Assembly (NCBI GenBank): GCA_000934665.2
Contig: KZ538397.1
Coordinates: forward strand, 1-64,000
Length of the DNA stretch: 64,000 bases
Direction of reading: 5' to 3'
Origin: Catajapyx aquilonaris
Lineage: Eukaryota
Shown here: in pieces, positions 23,555-38,500 of the stretch
Layout: every line of letters starts with the position of its first letter
Numbering within the stretch: the first letter of the stretch is position 1
The notes under the pieces: model-generated
Databases searched by the model: none
Told to the model about the DNA's origin: nothing
The model's input: the letters and a program-made list of their open reading frames with translations, nothing else
Translations under genes and position numbers: made by a program

Positions 23555-26500
23555 TGCAGCTGCAGCAGAAGTAGCACAATCTCGATGTCAATTATTTCCT
23601 GCATGCTAAGGATTCCTTAGAATGACGTGAATGGAGACTTCCGCTTCATTCATACCAATTCCAAGACCATTTCCACAGAGTTGCCGGTGAACGTCATAGC
23701 ATTGTTCGTAGGCTGAGAAAGATTTGCTTACCACGCGCGGTACGCGTTCTGCTTGGTAATGATTAACACAATGAATGGAAGGCAGAAGATAATCAGCATT
23801 TAGTCTGGCTCCTATACAATATGCTCTACTCTATAACATGGGGTAATGAACTGACCATACCCGGTGCAAGGGAGTTAGTTATGCAAAATTCAATTAGCCA
23901 ACAACGTAACTTCAAAAACACCCCTAAAACAAATTACTTAATTTATTATTAGTGTTGGAAACTGCGCAATGACTTAACCCATTAATCAATCATATACCGT
24001 AGTCTAATATTACGATGTCTGGCTTGTGCAGCTTTTGGATGCATATTACGTTACCAATACGATAGTCCTACGTGTCAATCCTAATAGGTAGCAAATCGCA
24101 TTGAAATTTGTAAAAGCTTTGTTTCAACTGGATTATAATCAGGTAAAGCTTATGTGGTCGCGATCCGGGAATGTGCATAAGGGTCAATCCGATTGTTCGG
24201 AGATTACAGGGGTAACATGAGGGCAACAAGCCACCAAAGGCACGGATCTATAGCACAGTGATTGGGTGATTGTTGTGATTGACCATTATTATACTCGGTG
24301 ACACGCCACTCTTTAGGACTGTCAGATTGAATTTCGGGAACTGTTCATAAATATATGCTAAGACAACCTGCAGTTGATTTGGAATCACACACACAAAAAA
24401 ACTCGTTCATAAGTTCATTACGTGTACAAAAATAACAGAACTTACTGAAGCACCCTCGTAATTAATGAAACCTAAAATTATCTTGCGTGTACACGTGTGA
24501 CCAACAATGTCGCAAACCCTCTCTCTCAAAGCGCCTTATTATCATGCCCATAACAATTTTGCAACCCTTTCATGTCATGCTCCAATGACACAGTGATTAC
24601 GCGGTTTTCGTGTGTAAAGAAAGGATCGTTTCATCCACACAGAATACTCGCGGTTCATCAAAACCGCTTGTTTTCAAAGCCCACGCTCAATTGAAGTCAT
24701 GGTCGTGTCTAATCATTCGGCACACTAAAATATCGTGTGAGCAATCATGGCCGCATTTTGTAAGTGCTAGTTATTCCTCTTGTACGGTGTCTTAAATGAC
24801 CCAAATGGTACAATAAATTCTAGAATCACAAGTGATAAGAGCTCAGACTACTTGAGTTATGCCTTGGATGTTGAGTAGGGTCGACAGGCGTCATTAGTCA
24901 CAGTCCAGTCAACATGCATGTAGAGTACTACAAATGAATGATTTGCTTACCTTAGGGTACCTCAGAGAACGGATTTCCGGGTACGGCATTTGCTCGTTAA
25001 GGTTGCCGTACCAGGCATACTTCAGTTCACCAACGAACGTATCATCAAAGGAAGCGTAGAGAAGCATCTGGCCGTCAGGAGAAAACCAAACCGCTTTGTG
25101 GCTGCTGAGGATTTCCTCTGTAGCATGAAAAGGCAGCCAAGGTATAGGTCAGTGATTGGCATGGGGATTACTGGCAGATTAGCCCATCTAAACGATTACA
25201 CCATGATGAGGTTCTACTTTATTACTTCGGTAATTAAACCGCATTTTGTAGCAGAAACTAAATTGAAATAATTCAACTCAAAATGAAACGAACTAAACAG
25301 CCAATCAAGTGAACAACGAAGGTGATACCCGGGGCAATATGATGTTATTCTACCTTTGTGTAGCATACCATACGAGTGTCAAAAAGCCAGCATTTTTTAG
25401 TCAACTTGAACCTACCTTCATACAGCCAGTCAGGAATGCCATTGAAAACGAGCCCATGTCGGCCAGACTCTGTGAGCCGATATGTAGGAGCTTCTTTGAC
25501 CACTGGCTTGTAGTAGAGGTCGTTCTGATGTGTGAACACGACACCATTCCTCTCCGGAACCCAAGCCGCCATTTGCAAAAGAGGCTGCTCCTCATCGCTG
25601 CTCACTTGAGGCCACGGTGACAGAGGAAAAACGTCCCTGAAAGATCAAACGTCATCGTTCACTTTACTTATTCCAGTTCCTTCAAAGATCACGTCTTACG
25701 TACTCTGTGGTGACTTCGTAAACGGTGTACATGGCCAGAAAAGTGTGCCGAAAAACCTGTGGAAATAGAACCAGCGATGTAATATACGGCCCAAATGAGG
25801 TTAGTGGAAGTAATAACTAAAGCTAGCAACTACTAAGTGCTGCTCTTCCATAAAGAACCGGAGATTTTCTCGCTTCCGCCAGGCCTCCAGTTAAATGGAA
25901 GCCTGCCATGATCACTGAAGCAAGTTCTTCTTCACTCCTCACTAGTTCGGGAAGCGGCAGTAAGTTCGAGAAACAACTTGAAACGACAAAGAGGTTGGGA
26001 TGCGAGAGCTCCTGGATTCTCTCGTCGCAGCTGAAGGCCATGATGGGGAATAAAACTTGACTATCGGAACTGGCGGAGAATCCGCCCCATGAGTACCGTA
26101 TACGTCCCGCCCTCAAAATGTCCCTGCAGACCTTTCCGGCGGCCATAGATTGGGAGTAGTAGAAACTGCCACATGCCCAACACTCGCCCGAGACTTAAAC
26201 TCCACTGTTTGTGTTGATAATTGAATCAAGTTTACCTCCGTGGCTACCCTGTGCTGGTGCTTAAAAGGCCACCGAATAGCATTTTAAGCCAAGTTCATCG
26301 AGTAATGTTTATAGTACGTTGCTTTTTCTTGTAAGATGACTGGTTATATGTACAGTAATTATGGGCAAAAATTTAATTTTTGCCCATAATTTTGCTTTGT
26401 CCTTTGTTGTTTTATTTATGTCTTTTGCCAAATAGGAACATGCCTTAAATGAAATAAAGCCATAGTGTTTTCATAGCACACTAGGCACCAACTTGTCAAA

Positions 26501-29500
26501 ATTAAGCAGAATTGCGAAAGTGGAGAGAAAGAGAGAGACGCGGACCAGGCAGCAACATCCGACGGTGAAGTGCCGAAGTAAGCGAGTCGCCACCCAGGAG
26601 GTGGCGCCCCGCGCCCGAACAGGGGAAATAGGAATTCCGTGGAAAGGCCCCGGTCGGCTTTTTTGCTCTTTTTGGGTTTTACAAAGTCCCTGGGCACTCT
26701 TTCCAAAAAACAAGAGTTTATTGCACATATAGAAAACACGGGCAAAATTTGATACAACTTCCAAAGCTGGAGGCCGCACGGTGGGGAGGAGTTGTGGGAA
26801 CAGTAGGCGTTTAATAATATAGATGGCCAGTAAAATGTCATTACGGTCCGTTAAACCAAAGAACAATATGACGTCATACCAGCCGTGTTTTCTGAGCATG
26901 CGCAGTAGTATGGTTGCAGAGCGATTCGGGGACATGATAGGAGGGAAGAGCCGGGTGGATGGGGGCTGAACGTGACGTCATATAGTTATTTGGTTTAACA
27001 GACTGTAGACAGGGTTAGTAATCTGAAGTGGTGGAAATGTCGAATTTTCACTTCGGACAAGGAAATTGCCAATCCGAAGCTTATAAATCTTAATTGCATT
27101 CCAGAGGAATGAGGCTTTGCTAGCAGGTTGATTTTCGTTGTCTGGTTGTGGTCGTTTCCAGTGTAGAACTAGACCCAACCTCAGTGGACAGCAGTGTGAG
27201 ATGTGGCTGTGGGAGGGCCAGAGGGAAGAGGTAGTTTCTACCTCGAGTGGGCAAATAATGGCACAATGGAACACAGGGAAGCTATTCTGGACAGCATAAG
27301 ATTTGTGTAGTACTAATCAATGGCACGGGTTATTTCAACATATGCTTTTGATGACATCGCTGAAGGAAAGCGATCCAACAGTTTCGGTCCTTGGTACCTG
27401 TCCTAATCGTAGTCCTCTGAATCGGCCAATCATGGCGAGCCATTCCGTCCTTGCCATCGTCCTTAAAAAGTTTCTTGGATAATATAACTTTGCGAGGGAC
27501 GAGGACAAGGACGGAGAGACCAGCGATGACTGGTAGGTCACAAGGACCGGTACTATAGGACAAGGATTGGCCGGTTTAAGACCACTTTATGTGATTCATT
27601 TCAACACTTCCAACATTATACGAGTATATTAACACTATTGAAACGTTACATAAATAATTCTCAAAATTAATTGGCGGTCAGACGTCACGTAGTTATATCA
27701 TAACACCTGACTGAAATGTTAACTGCTTTCAAGAATGGTTAAAGTGATTAGTATTAGCCTTACCTAGGATGCAATATCATCAAAAGCAACGTATAATCGC
27801 ATACATTTGCTATTATTGCTAATTAGTACCGTTAATTGGCCATCTCAGGGATAGCAAGTTAATCATTATGTCGATACATGACCGGAAAAACCGCACACAT
27901 GATAAAATTAAAATTTTGCGTCACCGCAAAAATTAAACAAGAATTATTGCAAATTTTGCTGCATGCCTGCTTTTTCGGGGACATCATTGAAACATGTATC
28001 ATGATACTAGAAAAATTTGCCATTTACGCTGGTGATAATATTTTTGACTTTTATCGTGGCCCACCCAAAATTTTGATTATGTCGCATGCATGCTGATTTT
28101 CCTGACAGATACTGATCTAATCTGACTTACATCCTGCTCTTTACAAATAAAACTATGATGACTTTTCCCTCCGCCACATAGTCACAAAATATAAATCCTC
28201 TTGATTTTCCCCATATTCCAGGTTTTCATTTCTGGCCCACCTCCACGGCAGAAAAATGCTAATGAAACGCGTCATACCCAAGGACCAACAAAGCTTTAAG
28301 TGAAATAAAGTTCGCTCCTAATAAATTTCGGCCTGACAACTACCGAAATACTCGTAACTTTTTAAAAGTGCCAAATTCAATTCCATTTCCTTAGATGAAA
28401 ATGCAACACGACAACTTTTATTTCACGCCATTTTGGAAAACATCTAATACATGCAATACAGGGTGTTTCAACTTTTTTGTCCGAACAGTTATCGGAAAAT
28501 TGCACGTAGCTGCTACTTTGTAAGCAGTGACTTGCAAACGGTGATTTTTCGGAGGAACAGGGAATATTCCCTATGAAACGTAGGTTGAAGTGGCATACGT
28601 GCTGCCCGCTGAAAATTGAGGGTCAAGCCTGGAAAAAAAGAGGGTCACACATGCCATGGGATGTATGACCCTCTTTTTCCTCATTCCCCATTCTTCCGAC
28701 AAATCACCGGTTGCAAGTCACTGCTTACAAAGTAGCAGCTACGTGCAATTTTCCGACAACTGTTCGGACAAAAAGTTGAAACACCCTGTATTTAACTCCT
28801 TTCTTGCATCAGCCATACCATATACATGGCTATCAGACAAGCAATTTCGTAGTCCCAGCTCCCATGCAAAATACGACACTGACAAAGCTCCAAGGCGCTT
28901 CCGAGGTCAAAGAGACACGATTCGTCACTTACCTTTGATACGTCGTGGATTAGTAAGACATATTTGAGGTCTGAGGACACGAGGAACTTGTGAGCGTTGA
29001 GTCGTCTCTGTAAAGAATAAGATGGGAGTTTTACCATGTGCACATACTCTTAAGATGGACGTATAATTAAGAGTGTGAGACAGCGGTCCGAAAGAGGATT
29101 TGGAACCAATTTTGCTACAGATTAGACTGAAAGCCGCCAGTCCGGGAGTCTAGAATTACAAGGGATTTTAGGCAATCCAGCTTTCATTCCGGGAGCAAAC
29201 TTCAATTTGTCTAGCAGAGTAGATGCACCGACAGCATATCGACGGATCGATAGTGTCACACACGTCACGCCAACAACACATATGCTAAGCTGATCCCAGT
29301 CCCATGCACTAAATTGTGTTTGCTACACGCACCATAACCACGTTCAGGAATTCCTCCAGTGCGAATAATTCCATTTCCCCGGCATGTGGAATCTGCAGAA
29401 TTCGATTATTTCAAAAATGATCCCCAAGCGAAAATTTTTTACCCTGTGTGCAAAAACCGTCCCAGCTTTTGACATCCAATGCTGACGAAGCAAAGTCGCA

Positions 29501-32500
29501 GCCGAATTACGTACGCCTGGAGTAAATGTTATGGTACAGTTTCTTTCGCGTATAGTAATGACAATGACCCAACCAAATATGTGGTGGGGACGAATATAAT
29601 TTTTTTAAAACCATGAAGCCTGGATTTTCTGTAGTCAATAGCATGTAAACAAGTGCAAGGTGTTCCAAGTTCGTGGGGCCTTTTATAATAGTTATTGTTA
29701 TAGAAAATTTCACTCAAAGCTGTTATTTTTTGTAGCTTGTTGTACCCCTAATCAGTTTCAATATTTATAGACACTGTTACATTCGACCACCTGATAGTAC
29801 TGAGACACCTGGATCAGGGCACAACTAGCTACACAAAAATAACTACTTCGGACGATATCAGTGATAACAAAAAACGACCCACGAACTTGGAACATCCTGT
29901 AGGCTTTGAATGATCTCAAAACAATAATATTGTTTCGAGATCATAGAAATAGTAGTATTGTTTTTCTTTTTACGGGCACACTTCGGATATAGTAGACCAG
30001 AGTCCCACGCCAGATGATCCCTGACGTTATTTTAACGACTTTTAACGTAAATTTCACGTCAAGAAGTGTAACGACTATTGTACCGTTGAGACGATAGTTT
30101 AACGTGAAATTGACGTTAAAAGCCGTTAAAATAACGTCAGGGATCATCTGGGACTCTGGTCTACTATATCCGAAGTGTGCCCGTAAAAAGAAAGCCAATA
30201 CTATATAATACATCTTATCCCGTTATCAGCCTTTTTCGGCTCTTTAGGGGGGTATTTTTGTTTTGTCTGGAACTCTTGCTTACATGTTTACTTTTTGCTT
30301 TTTGGGATAGGATAGGGAAGGAAGGAGGCGGGTGTGGCCTTTTTAATTAGGAAGCAACCCCGGAATTCTCCTGGAGGGACCGTGGGAAACCACAGAAAAC
30401 CACGGTTAGAGTTGCCGGCCCCGGGGCTCGAACCCAGGACCTCCCGATTAGCAGTCGTACCCTATAGCCACTTCCGCCAAACTGCTTCGGTCGAAAGCCA
30501 ATACTACAGATCATTCAAAGCAAATAGCCAAAAAGTATATAAAAAAAATTACTTTTTGAATTTTACTTTAATGCCCATGATATACCGGTATTTTCCATTA
30601 GAGCCGATAGTATAACCTATTTTGTTGGACCATGATAGATTTTTTGCTCGTTACTTTGTACTTCAGCCCTTGTTCTATTAGGTATTTCAATTTCTATTAG
30701 GAAGCAGTGATCCTTAAAAATTTTTTGATAGAAGGTGCTCCACGATTGGCACTCTGAGGCACAAGATATGCTGGCTGAGTGGTTCAGTGGTATGGTGGTA
30801 TCGATTCATCACGTTCTGGGCACAGGAAGCGACGTGGCGATGGACAGGCGTGGCTTCCAACTTTTCCCCGAGACCAAGTTACATTTTGGGCACCCGGCGG
30901 TCCTATAAATTAGATGAAAAGTAATCTGTGTTCCCAAGAGCTGCTCCCGCTTTCCACATTAAAATAAAAAATCGTTGGCGCCCAGAACCAACATTGCAAA
31001 GGGAGCGCCTTAAAAACATATTATCATATCGATTGCTTAGATTTGCATAACTTAGGCGGAACACACTTCTGAGTGTCAAGACGAGGTCAATTCATGCGGA
31101 TTATTACTCTGAGTTAATGCAGGCTAGCAAGATCGTGAATTTTTAGAAGCCTAACTTATTTCACATTACTAATGTTGTTATAGATGGAGGCTCACTGCTA
31201 TTTGGGCCTATAATACTAAGCAGTTATGTGAAAATATTATACGTATTATTAGTAACATTTTTCGTTTCGATTTTTCCTCGTACTCTGCCTGCAACATGTT
31301 CATAAAACCTGACACAAGCAAGTTTCCAGCTGGCACGGGAAAGACTAGAAATTAAATTTTGTCACAACGCGGCAGAAGTGAACGGTTAAAGGCTTTTTCA
31401 GACGGTTTCTAATAACGTGTCCCATTCTGGTACACTACATGAAGCAAGACATATAGCCTGTAATCGTTTCGAAAATAAATTGGTAGAACCTGCAGCATGG
31501 CCATACAGACTACGACATGGACTTCATAACGTGTTCTATACTGCATTAAAAATTGGCTATGACGCGCTCGCAAATAAACCTGAGATCTACTACACAGTAC
31601 ACAAGCGATTCTATCAATAACACCCTTGCAAGAAAAATTCCGTTTTTTTGTGCTTCAGATGTCATAAGTGTTCCTCCATAGAACACGTGTAGCATCAAAG
31701 ATGTTTTCTCAGCAACTTGGCAGCTGGACGTAACGTAGAATATGGGAGTAAAGTACTTTTTTTTTGTTTATGACTTAGGTCAAGGGGTGTCTAATATTTT
31801 CTTATGGATCGTAAGGTTTTTGTTACATATTCATGCACTAGGGACCAATCAATAAGCCGCTTTCAACAGGCCGCTTGCACGAAAGCGTGCTAAGATGTTC
31901 GCTAATGCTTATCTTTATTCATACGGGTACCTACAATATCTCTCGGTCTGGTGTTCTCAGTACCGACTTACTCTGTATTTTGGTTACGGGGTAGTCGCGT
32001 TTAAAAATAAGCGAGTTACAAGTTAAATCTGCATAAAGCAATATTATTTTAGGAAGGCATGTAGCATTAACAAGCAGCAGAACTAGTGTAATTTATACCT
32101 TTTACAACAAGAAAAAGAATGTAATACTACATAATAATTATATAGGCAACAGGCTGCCTCATTGCTGTGGGCTTGAGGCAGGGAGGACCGAGCAAGGGTG
32201 TTGATTTTACCTTTTCTCTAGTCAAACTTAACATATAATCTATGATTTCAGGTAACAGAAACGGAAGGACTTTAATTGGAGACCGAATATAGCAGGGGTA
32301 GGAGCATATGCTGCACCAACCTACCCCATGACTTTTTCTTCCTTCCCAACGGATACACGCCTATCCTTCAGCGGATACACCAATCCTTCAGCAGATACAC
32401 TCCTAGGAAAGTAGGTAAAAGTGCAGGGTCTCCTGTTATGAAAGCGTGGCCACAGAAACTTTAGGATAGCTCATTAATCCCGAGCCATCAAGTCGCTTCC

Positions 32501-35500
32501 AGACATCATGAAGCGATTGAGAATAGGTCCCAGCAGGCACGAAACTGATGGAATTCACACATAACCGTCCCCTCTCCGCCCCCATCTTCCCTCGATAATC
32601 CAGTGGGCAGGAAACAGAACTACTGTCCTCTAGCAAGAGTCTGGGAGTCTGTAGTTACGCATCAGTGCATTGGTTCGTAGACAGCTGTTGCCTATACCTC
32701 TAGACGTCCATTTCTCCGCAGTGCCATGCCCCATGGGCCAGGAGCCTCATTCACCCTCCACTTCATGAGCCACAGTCAGTGAAGTGGAACTCAAGATGAC
32801 TCAACTTCCTGTCCCCTCATCTCCTAGCTTCGATCCTCACTTGTTCCCACCTTGGCTGCCTGTCCACATCCCACCTAAAACTAGTCAGTAGTATTCATTG
32901 ACAAAAAGCAATTAAACCTCCTGGCTAACAGCATTTAACTTAACTGCCATCCATTTGCCACAGAGAAATCATACTCTTATTGTAGATTTCCACTGTGGAA
33001 AGCAACCAACGGGGGAGTCTGCTCTATGACATCTCCCAGATGAAAATCCGCTGTTATTATGGAAAAACGGCTTAATCCAGTCCGGCATTATGCGCTTCCT
33101 GAGATCCTGACATCGCATGACACAGGCTGTCCGGAGGACCGACGGCAGGTGGGAAACTTATCAATGCCTTTAACGATTCTAGAAAGGTGTTCCAAAGAGT
33201 GGAAGGTTGTCATGTGCAGGTGCTCCTACTTATATCCGTGAGGGCACGGCTTATGTCGACCATGTGCAGGAAATAGTCATGGCATCTGTCATCCTCCAAA
33301 ATCATCATTTGAGCCAAGTGTCATTCAGGTAAGCCCGGAGAACCAGACCAAAAAGAAGAACATTTGCAACTACTTCTTCATCTTTAATGTCATCCTCATC
33401 ATTATCATCATCTCATACTTAACGTGCCTGTTGAGGCATACATTCTCCAGAAAAATTGGGCTACGGTTTAACTTTAACAGCAGGAGACTCCGCACGTTTA
33501 CCTACTTTCCTAGGCGTGAATCTGCTGAAGGATAGGCGTGAATCCGCTGAAGGATAGGCGTGAATCCGCTGGGAAGGAATGTTAGGTCATGGGGCGCCTC
33601 TACCCCTGCCACATTCGGTCACCCATCACGAAGGTCCTTCCGCAAAAATGTTCTTACCGTTATATTCTACACTGTCTCGGGAGACTGTACATGCTACTCC
33701 CATCCAAATAGTTATCAGCAACTGCCACAATACTGTACTTAATATATTACGAAGTTACAGGACCTTGCAAAACAAAGAGCTCTGTCATTGTTAAAAAGGT
33801 TCAACGTCCATCTCTGAGGCAAAAGTTGCCAGGGAAATGTCTCACTTGATTAATTCTCCTGCAAAAAGCTTCCTTACAACCAATTTTCTGATTCCAGTCT
33901 CACAAGTTAGAACCTTGCCTTGACCTAAGCCCTCAATTATGGTGTGTAAGAAGTCTGCTTCGTATGCCATAGGTTATTCAGCCAGTATTTGGAGGATATA
34001 GGACCAGAAGTGATCATAATTCCCTGAACGGTATCCCCAATCCCATACGGTTTTACAGTACCTGTACTGTAAGCCAGTAAGGCCAGAATAGGATAAGCAG
34101 CTAGCCACTTTGTAACTGTCGCACTATTTCAAAGGTGTCCACTGACGCCAGTGAGTTATTCCTTTTTTTTGTGTGAAGGCGCTTGAAAAAGCACAATCCC
34201 TGAACTCTCACAGCGGAATGCCAGTCTGCTTTTTTAAAATATTATTCTAACTTATTCTCATGCAGATTGTAGCCTTTTAGAAAAAAAAATGAATTATTCA
34301 CTCGGATGTGTCCCCTTTGTAATATATTTCCAACATGTCACACAAACATTCTAGGGTCCTATTTCCCCACGCTCCCACTCCCACGTTCTTTAGAAAACGT
34401 CGGACAAGTCGTGCTGTGACTGGTTATATTCACAAAAGCCTCTCCTTTTCAATCTACCTTTTTTTTTGAAATCTTACCAGCATTGAGTGTCCGAAATCAC
34501 GCTTGCCTGCAATTTCTCTGTGAATATTCTCCTTCAGTCTGGCCCTCTACTGGATCGATGGATGTTGGAGGAAAGAAGAAGGAAGGAAGGAAGATGTTCG
34601 CAAATGGTCTGCATTTCACTTTCGTCACCTTGGGTCGACGCTTCTGTGACACTTGGAGGCTGGCAAATTTGCATCAGCAGCAACAAAGCTCAAAATAAGT
34701 ATAGTTCTGGCTGAGATTTAGCACTATCAGCAACTTGGCTTGCTTGGCTTGCCAAATTCCGCTTCCAGAACTTGCAAAGAGACTCGCTGTAGCGAGGAAA
34801 ACACAAAGTGGAAAATATCATTTGTAACTTAAGCCAGTTTTGTACTATACATGCCTTACATCTGGTAAACCAAGCTTATGCAGGGTACTGTCTTTAGGTA
34901 GAGAGATTTCTTGGCGTCTAAGTCCAAAATAAGTCATTTCTGGTTTAAGGATTAAGGATTAAGGATTAAGGGAGTCAAGGCGACTAAGATCATGAAACGT
35001 TGAGATTGAAAGAGGAATAGGGGAGACGGAGTGGCGTCGCGGTAACGCGCGCTCTCACGGAAGTTAAGGTCCCGGGGTTCCCACCTTCTTTCGTGCAGAG
35101 TTGGGCCATCTCTGGCTTCGTTTCGGGTGGGAATTTCCGCTAGACTAACCCACCCGGGGGAGTTCACAAAATGACCAAGCAACGACATTGCACTTGCACT
35201 TTGCACATCTCCTAATTACCCTTGGAGCAATTAAATACATATATGTATATCGCTCCAAACCCCAAATGGTGGTAATCCACCCCCCTAGAAATGGCCTATC
35301 GGCCAGATAACGGGGTACAGCTAATAAAACAAGAAAGGGGAATAAAGGTTTTTGGATAGCTGGAAAATCCTGTCTTAAAATGGGCCAAATTGACAGCAGC
35401 ACCTACATTGATTCATCTGCAAACTGGATGTCAACCGTTAGTAAATGCCTAAATGAAAATAGCGAATTGAAAAACTTTGCTTATTTACACCGTCATGTTA

Positions 35501-38500
35501 TTAACTTTTCAATTACGCACGGATATGTTCAAAATTGAACGTAATTTACAACGCAATCGGGTGTGCCTTATTGTCAGGTCAGCATTATAACACCTTCATT
35601 CAAGGGCAGCTGTCGCTTTTATTCCAATAGAAATTGCCTCTCACTTTTGCGTCAGCTGCACAAGAGAAACATATTATGTGTCATTTTCTACGTATTTTTT
35701 TGCAAATCTCCCTGTCGCGTTGCCCAAAATAAGGTCTTTTGAATTTGCTTTATAACTTGGCATATTAAGATGATTCCACATAGGGGAAAAAGCACGGTAA
35801 TTCCATGCCTTCTTTTGTCAAACAGAAGTTCACTTGCGTTCAGGTTGCGCATCCCTCAAGCCATTAAAAATGTCGTCGAAAATAATTCAGTATTACCTGA
35901 TTGGAAATATGATAATCTGGAAACAAATAATAGTTAGGTTGGTACTAGACAGCCACTCAAATTTGACAACGCTGTAATAGCTGATCCGTCAGTTGTCAAT
36001 GATACGAGAGTGGTACCGAAAGTAACGTAAAAATGTATAAACAAATCACGCCAACCGCAATGTTTGAACACAGTTTGAATGTGTGCAACAGTTGCTTTCA
36101 ATTGCGGGCGACTCGGTATTTCAAGGCCGATACTATCATTGCAGCAAAAATTCCTGCATCATCACTGGTAAACAGCCACTAGAAATATATTCAAATACGC
36201 AATTTTCCTCAACGCCATGGCCATTCTATTACAGTACTATCGTGGAGAGCGGGAACTCTATGGTCGAAAAAATGTACCGATAGAGTCCCGTTTGCTATGT
36301 ACTTCGGAAACGCGACGGAAACAAATTACACATTTTACATTGCAGCAGCGTGTAGTAGTGACACAGTACTGACAAAACCAGAGTAGACACAGGACAATAG
36401 TGTGCCGCCATATTTGGGCCAGATCAAGCTGCCACAGGTATTTGGTAATTACTCCGTTGCCAGGGAGCATATACTACATAAGAGGCGCAAACTTCTGTCG
36501 GCGCCTTTGATGTTCGCGTCTCTGGGGCCGTGAAGACGGGCCAAGCTTAGCCGCGGCTGGCCGCGGCCGCGACGGTTCACACCTAGCGGCCCCCTAGCAA
36601 CGCCACGGCCAGGCCACGGGCCAACTTCATGGAAGTTGGCCAGGGCCGCGGCCAGCCTCGGCCCGTCTGCACGGCCCCTCTCTGTTTAGGGCGTTGCCAA
36701 GGCTGGCGGCCATTTTTAAGTGTGTGGAACGCCAACGAGGTATAAATAGGGTACAGGCAAAATTAGGGTCCGCCATATTTGATGACTAGCTGCGGCACCC
36801 GGCGTTGCCCGGGAAGAAATGAATGAAGGCAAGAGCTAATAACTAGCTCTTGATGAAGGGAAAACACCTGCCAGTGGCCCCGTCAACTCTCTGTCTTTCA
36901 GTGTGTCCGCCCACAAATGCCATCTCCTGATACTCCAACACCTTCAACCTCTCCCGCCTGTATAACGGCAACCGTCATTTGCCTGCCATCTGTATTCAAA
37001 ACCCCCAACACCTCCACCCTGTTCCGGCCTGGGGGTGGAGCACAGATGGCAGGCAAATGACGGTTGGCAGGCGGACAGACGGACAGAGACGACAGATAGA
37101 GAGACAGACTCACAAACGGCCTTATTTATACAGATTGTGGCGGCCATGGCATTGGCAACTACATGGCAAGAACACGCGCGAATCAAAGATGGCAGACCCT
37201 ATTTTTGCCTGTACCCTATTTATACCTCGTTGGCGTTCCACACACTTCAAAATGGCCGCCAGCCTTGGCAACGCCCCAAACAGAGAGACACAAAAATCGA
37301 ATGTTTGCGCCTCTTATGTAGTATATGCTCCCTGCCGTTGCTATGTAATTATACTTACAAAAGTAGCGTTGCTCATCAGAACTCTCGAGTCCAAAGTTTG
37401 GGCGTTGAAAACCGACAGGCCTCCTGATTCATCTCCATACACAAACTCCTTGTCTGTAAAACAAAACAAAACATCACAAAATCAGAAAACACTTCAGAAT
37501 ACACGCAAACATCAAGCACAGACCCAGTCCTATAATTACATCCCACTTCAAACCAACCTGTTGATACAGAAACAAACGGGGGCCAATAAAATTCCGGACC
37601 GAAACAGGTCCCTTCCATTACATATAGGATTTGTGTATCACATTTTCATATCATTTCAATACAGTCCTTTGTATTGAAAAATCCGTTTGACAGTCACGTC
37701 CTTATCCGCATCTGACACAATACTGACCAGATCAAATGCCCTGCACGTTCTCTGGGCCGAAACGATTGGAATATGAGAAACTTTACAACCTGTCTATCAG
37801 AGCGATGGGTGCTATTGAAATGGGCCATTTTCATAGCTTTTCAGGAATGTTCTTCATAACCCCCAGCTGCTGGTGCTGAAAGATAATCATCCCTGAAGCC
37901 AGTCGATAGAGTCTGATGGCTTGACCGTCATCAAATATTCATGCAGATCGCTTTTTTTTGGAGGGGGAGGGGAGTGATTTCGTCAGAGAACGTCTCTATT
38001 GGGGGTGGCCCAAAGGCGGGTTTAAAAATCGTGTCGCGTTCAAAATTCCCGATCCGTCGCACAAAAGGCGGACGGTACTATCGGCATCATTTGAATATCA
38101 TGGTGGTGCTCTATGATAGCAGATAATCAATATATATTAATTGAGTTTTGGTAACGTGCATGTAACGAACCTGGTGGCCAGTCATTTAAGTGCATTGAGC
38201 GACATCTAGGTCAGATTATACAAAAAAAAGTGTCATAATCTGTCAGCAAGGTCACCAGATGGTACGTGGAAAAGAAGAGAGCCATTTTATGGGTCATTTG
38301 TGCTGCAGAAGTAATCAACGGGCAGGGTTGGGAAAAAAAAGAGGGTTTCAGATCAAACCGGATTTTAGGGACTAGCAGTATGACAGACATTCGAGAGGTA
38401 ATGTCGCAAATGTGCAGTAGTTGAGGCTGGTGCCTGCAGTATCAGGACAGTTGCGGGTATACATTTTTCATAACGGGCAATGAATTCTACTAGGCACTTT

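Noticed and set aside
23319..23609. Poly-Leu ORF (also 55638-55919)
   Set aside because: Translation of (TTA)n microsatellites
26602..26625. TGGCGCCC-C-GCGCCCGAACAGGG resembles a tRNA-Lys primer-binding site of LTR elements
   Set aside because: The match is interrupted, and there is no recognisable upstream LTR, second LTR or gag/pol ORF
36979..37677. Longest ORF in the track (232 aa, plus strand)
   Set aside because: Runs through a transposon arm and antisense to a real DPP exon; no domain recognised
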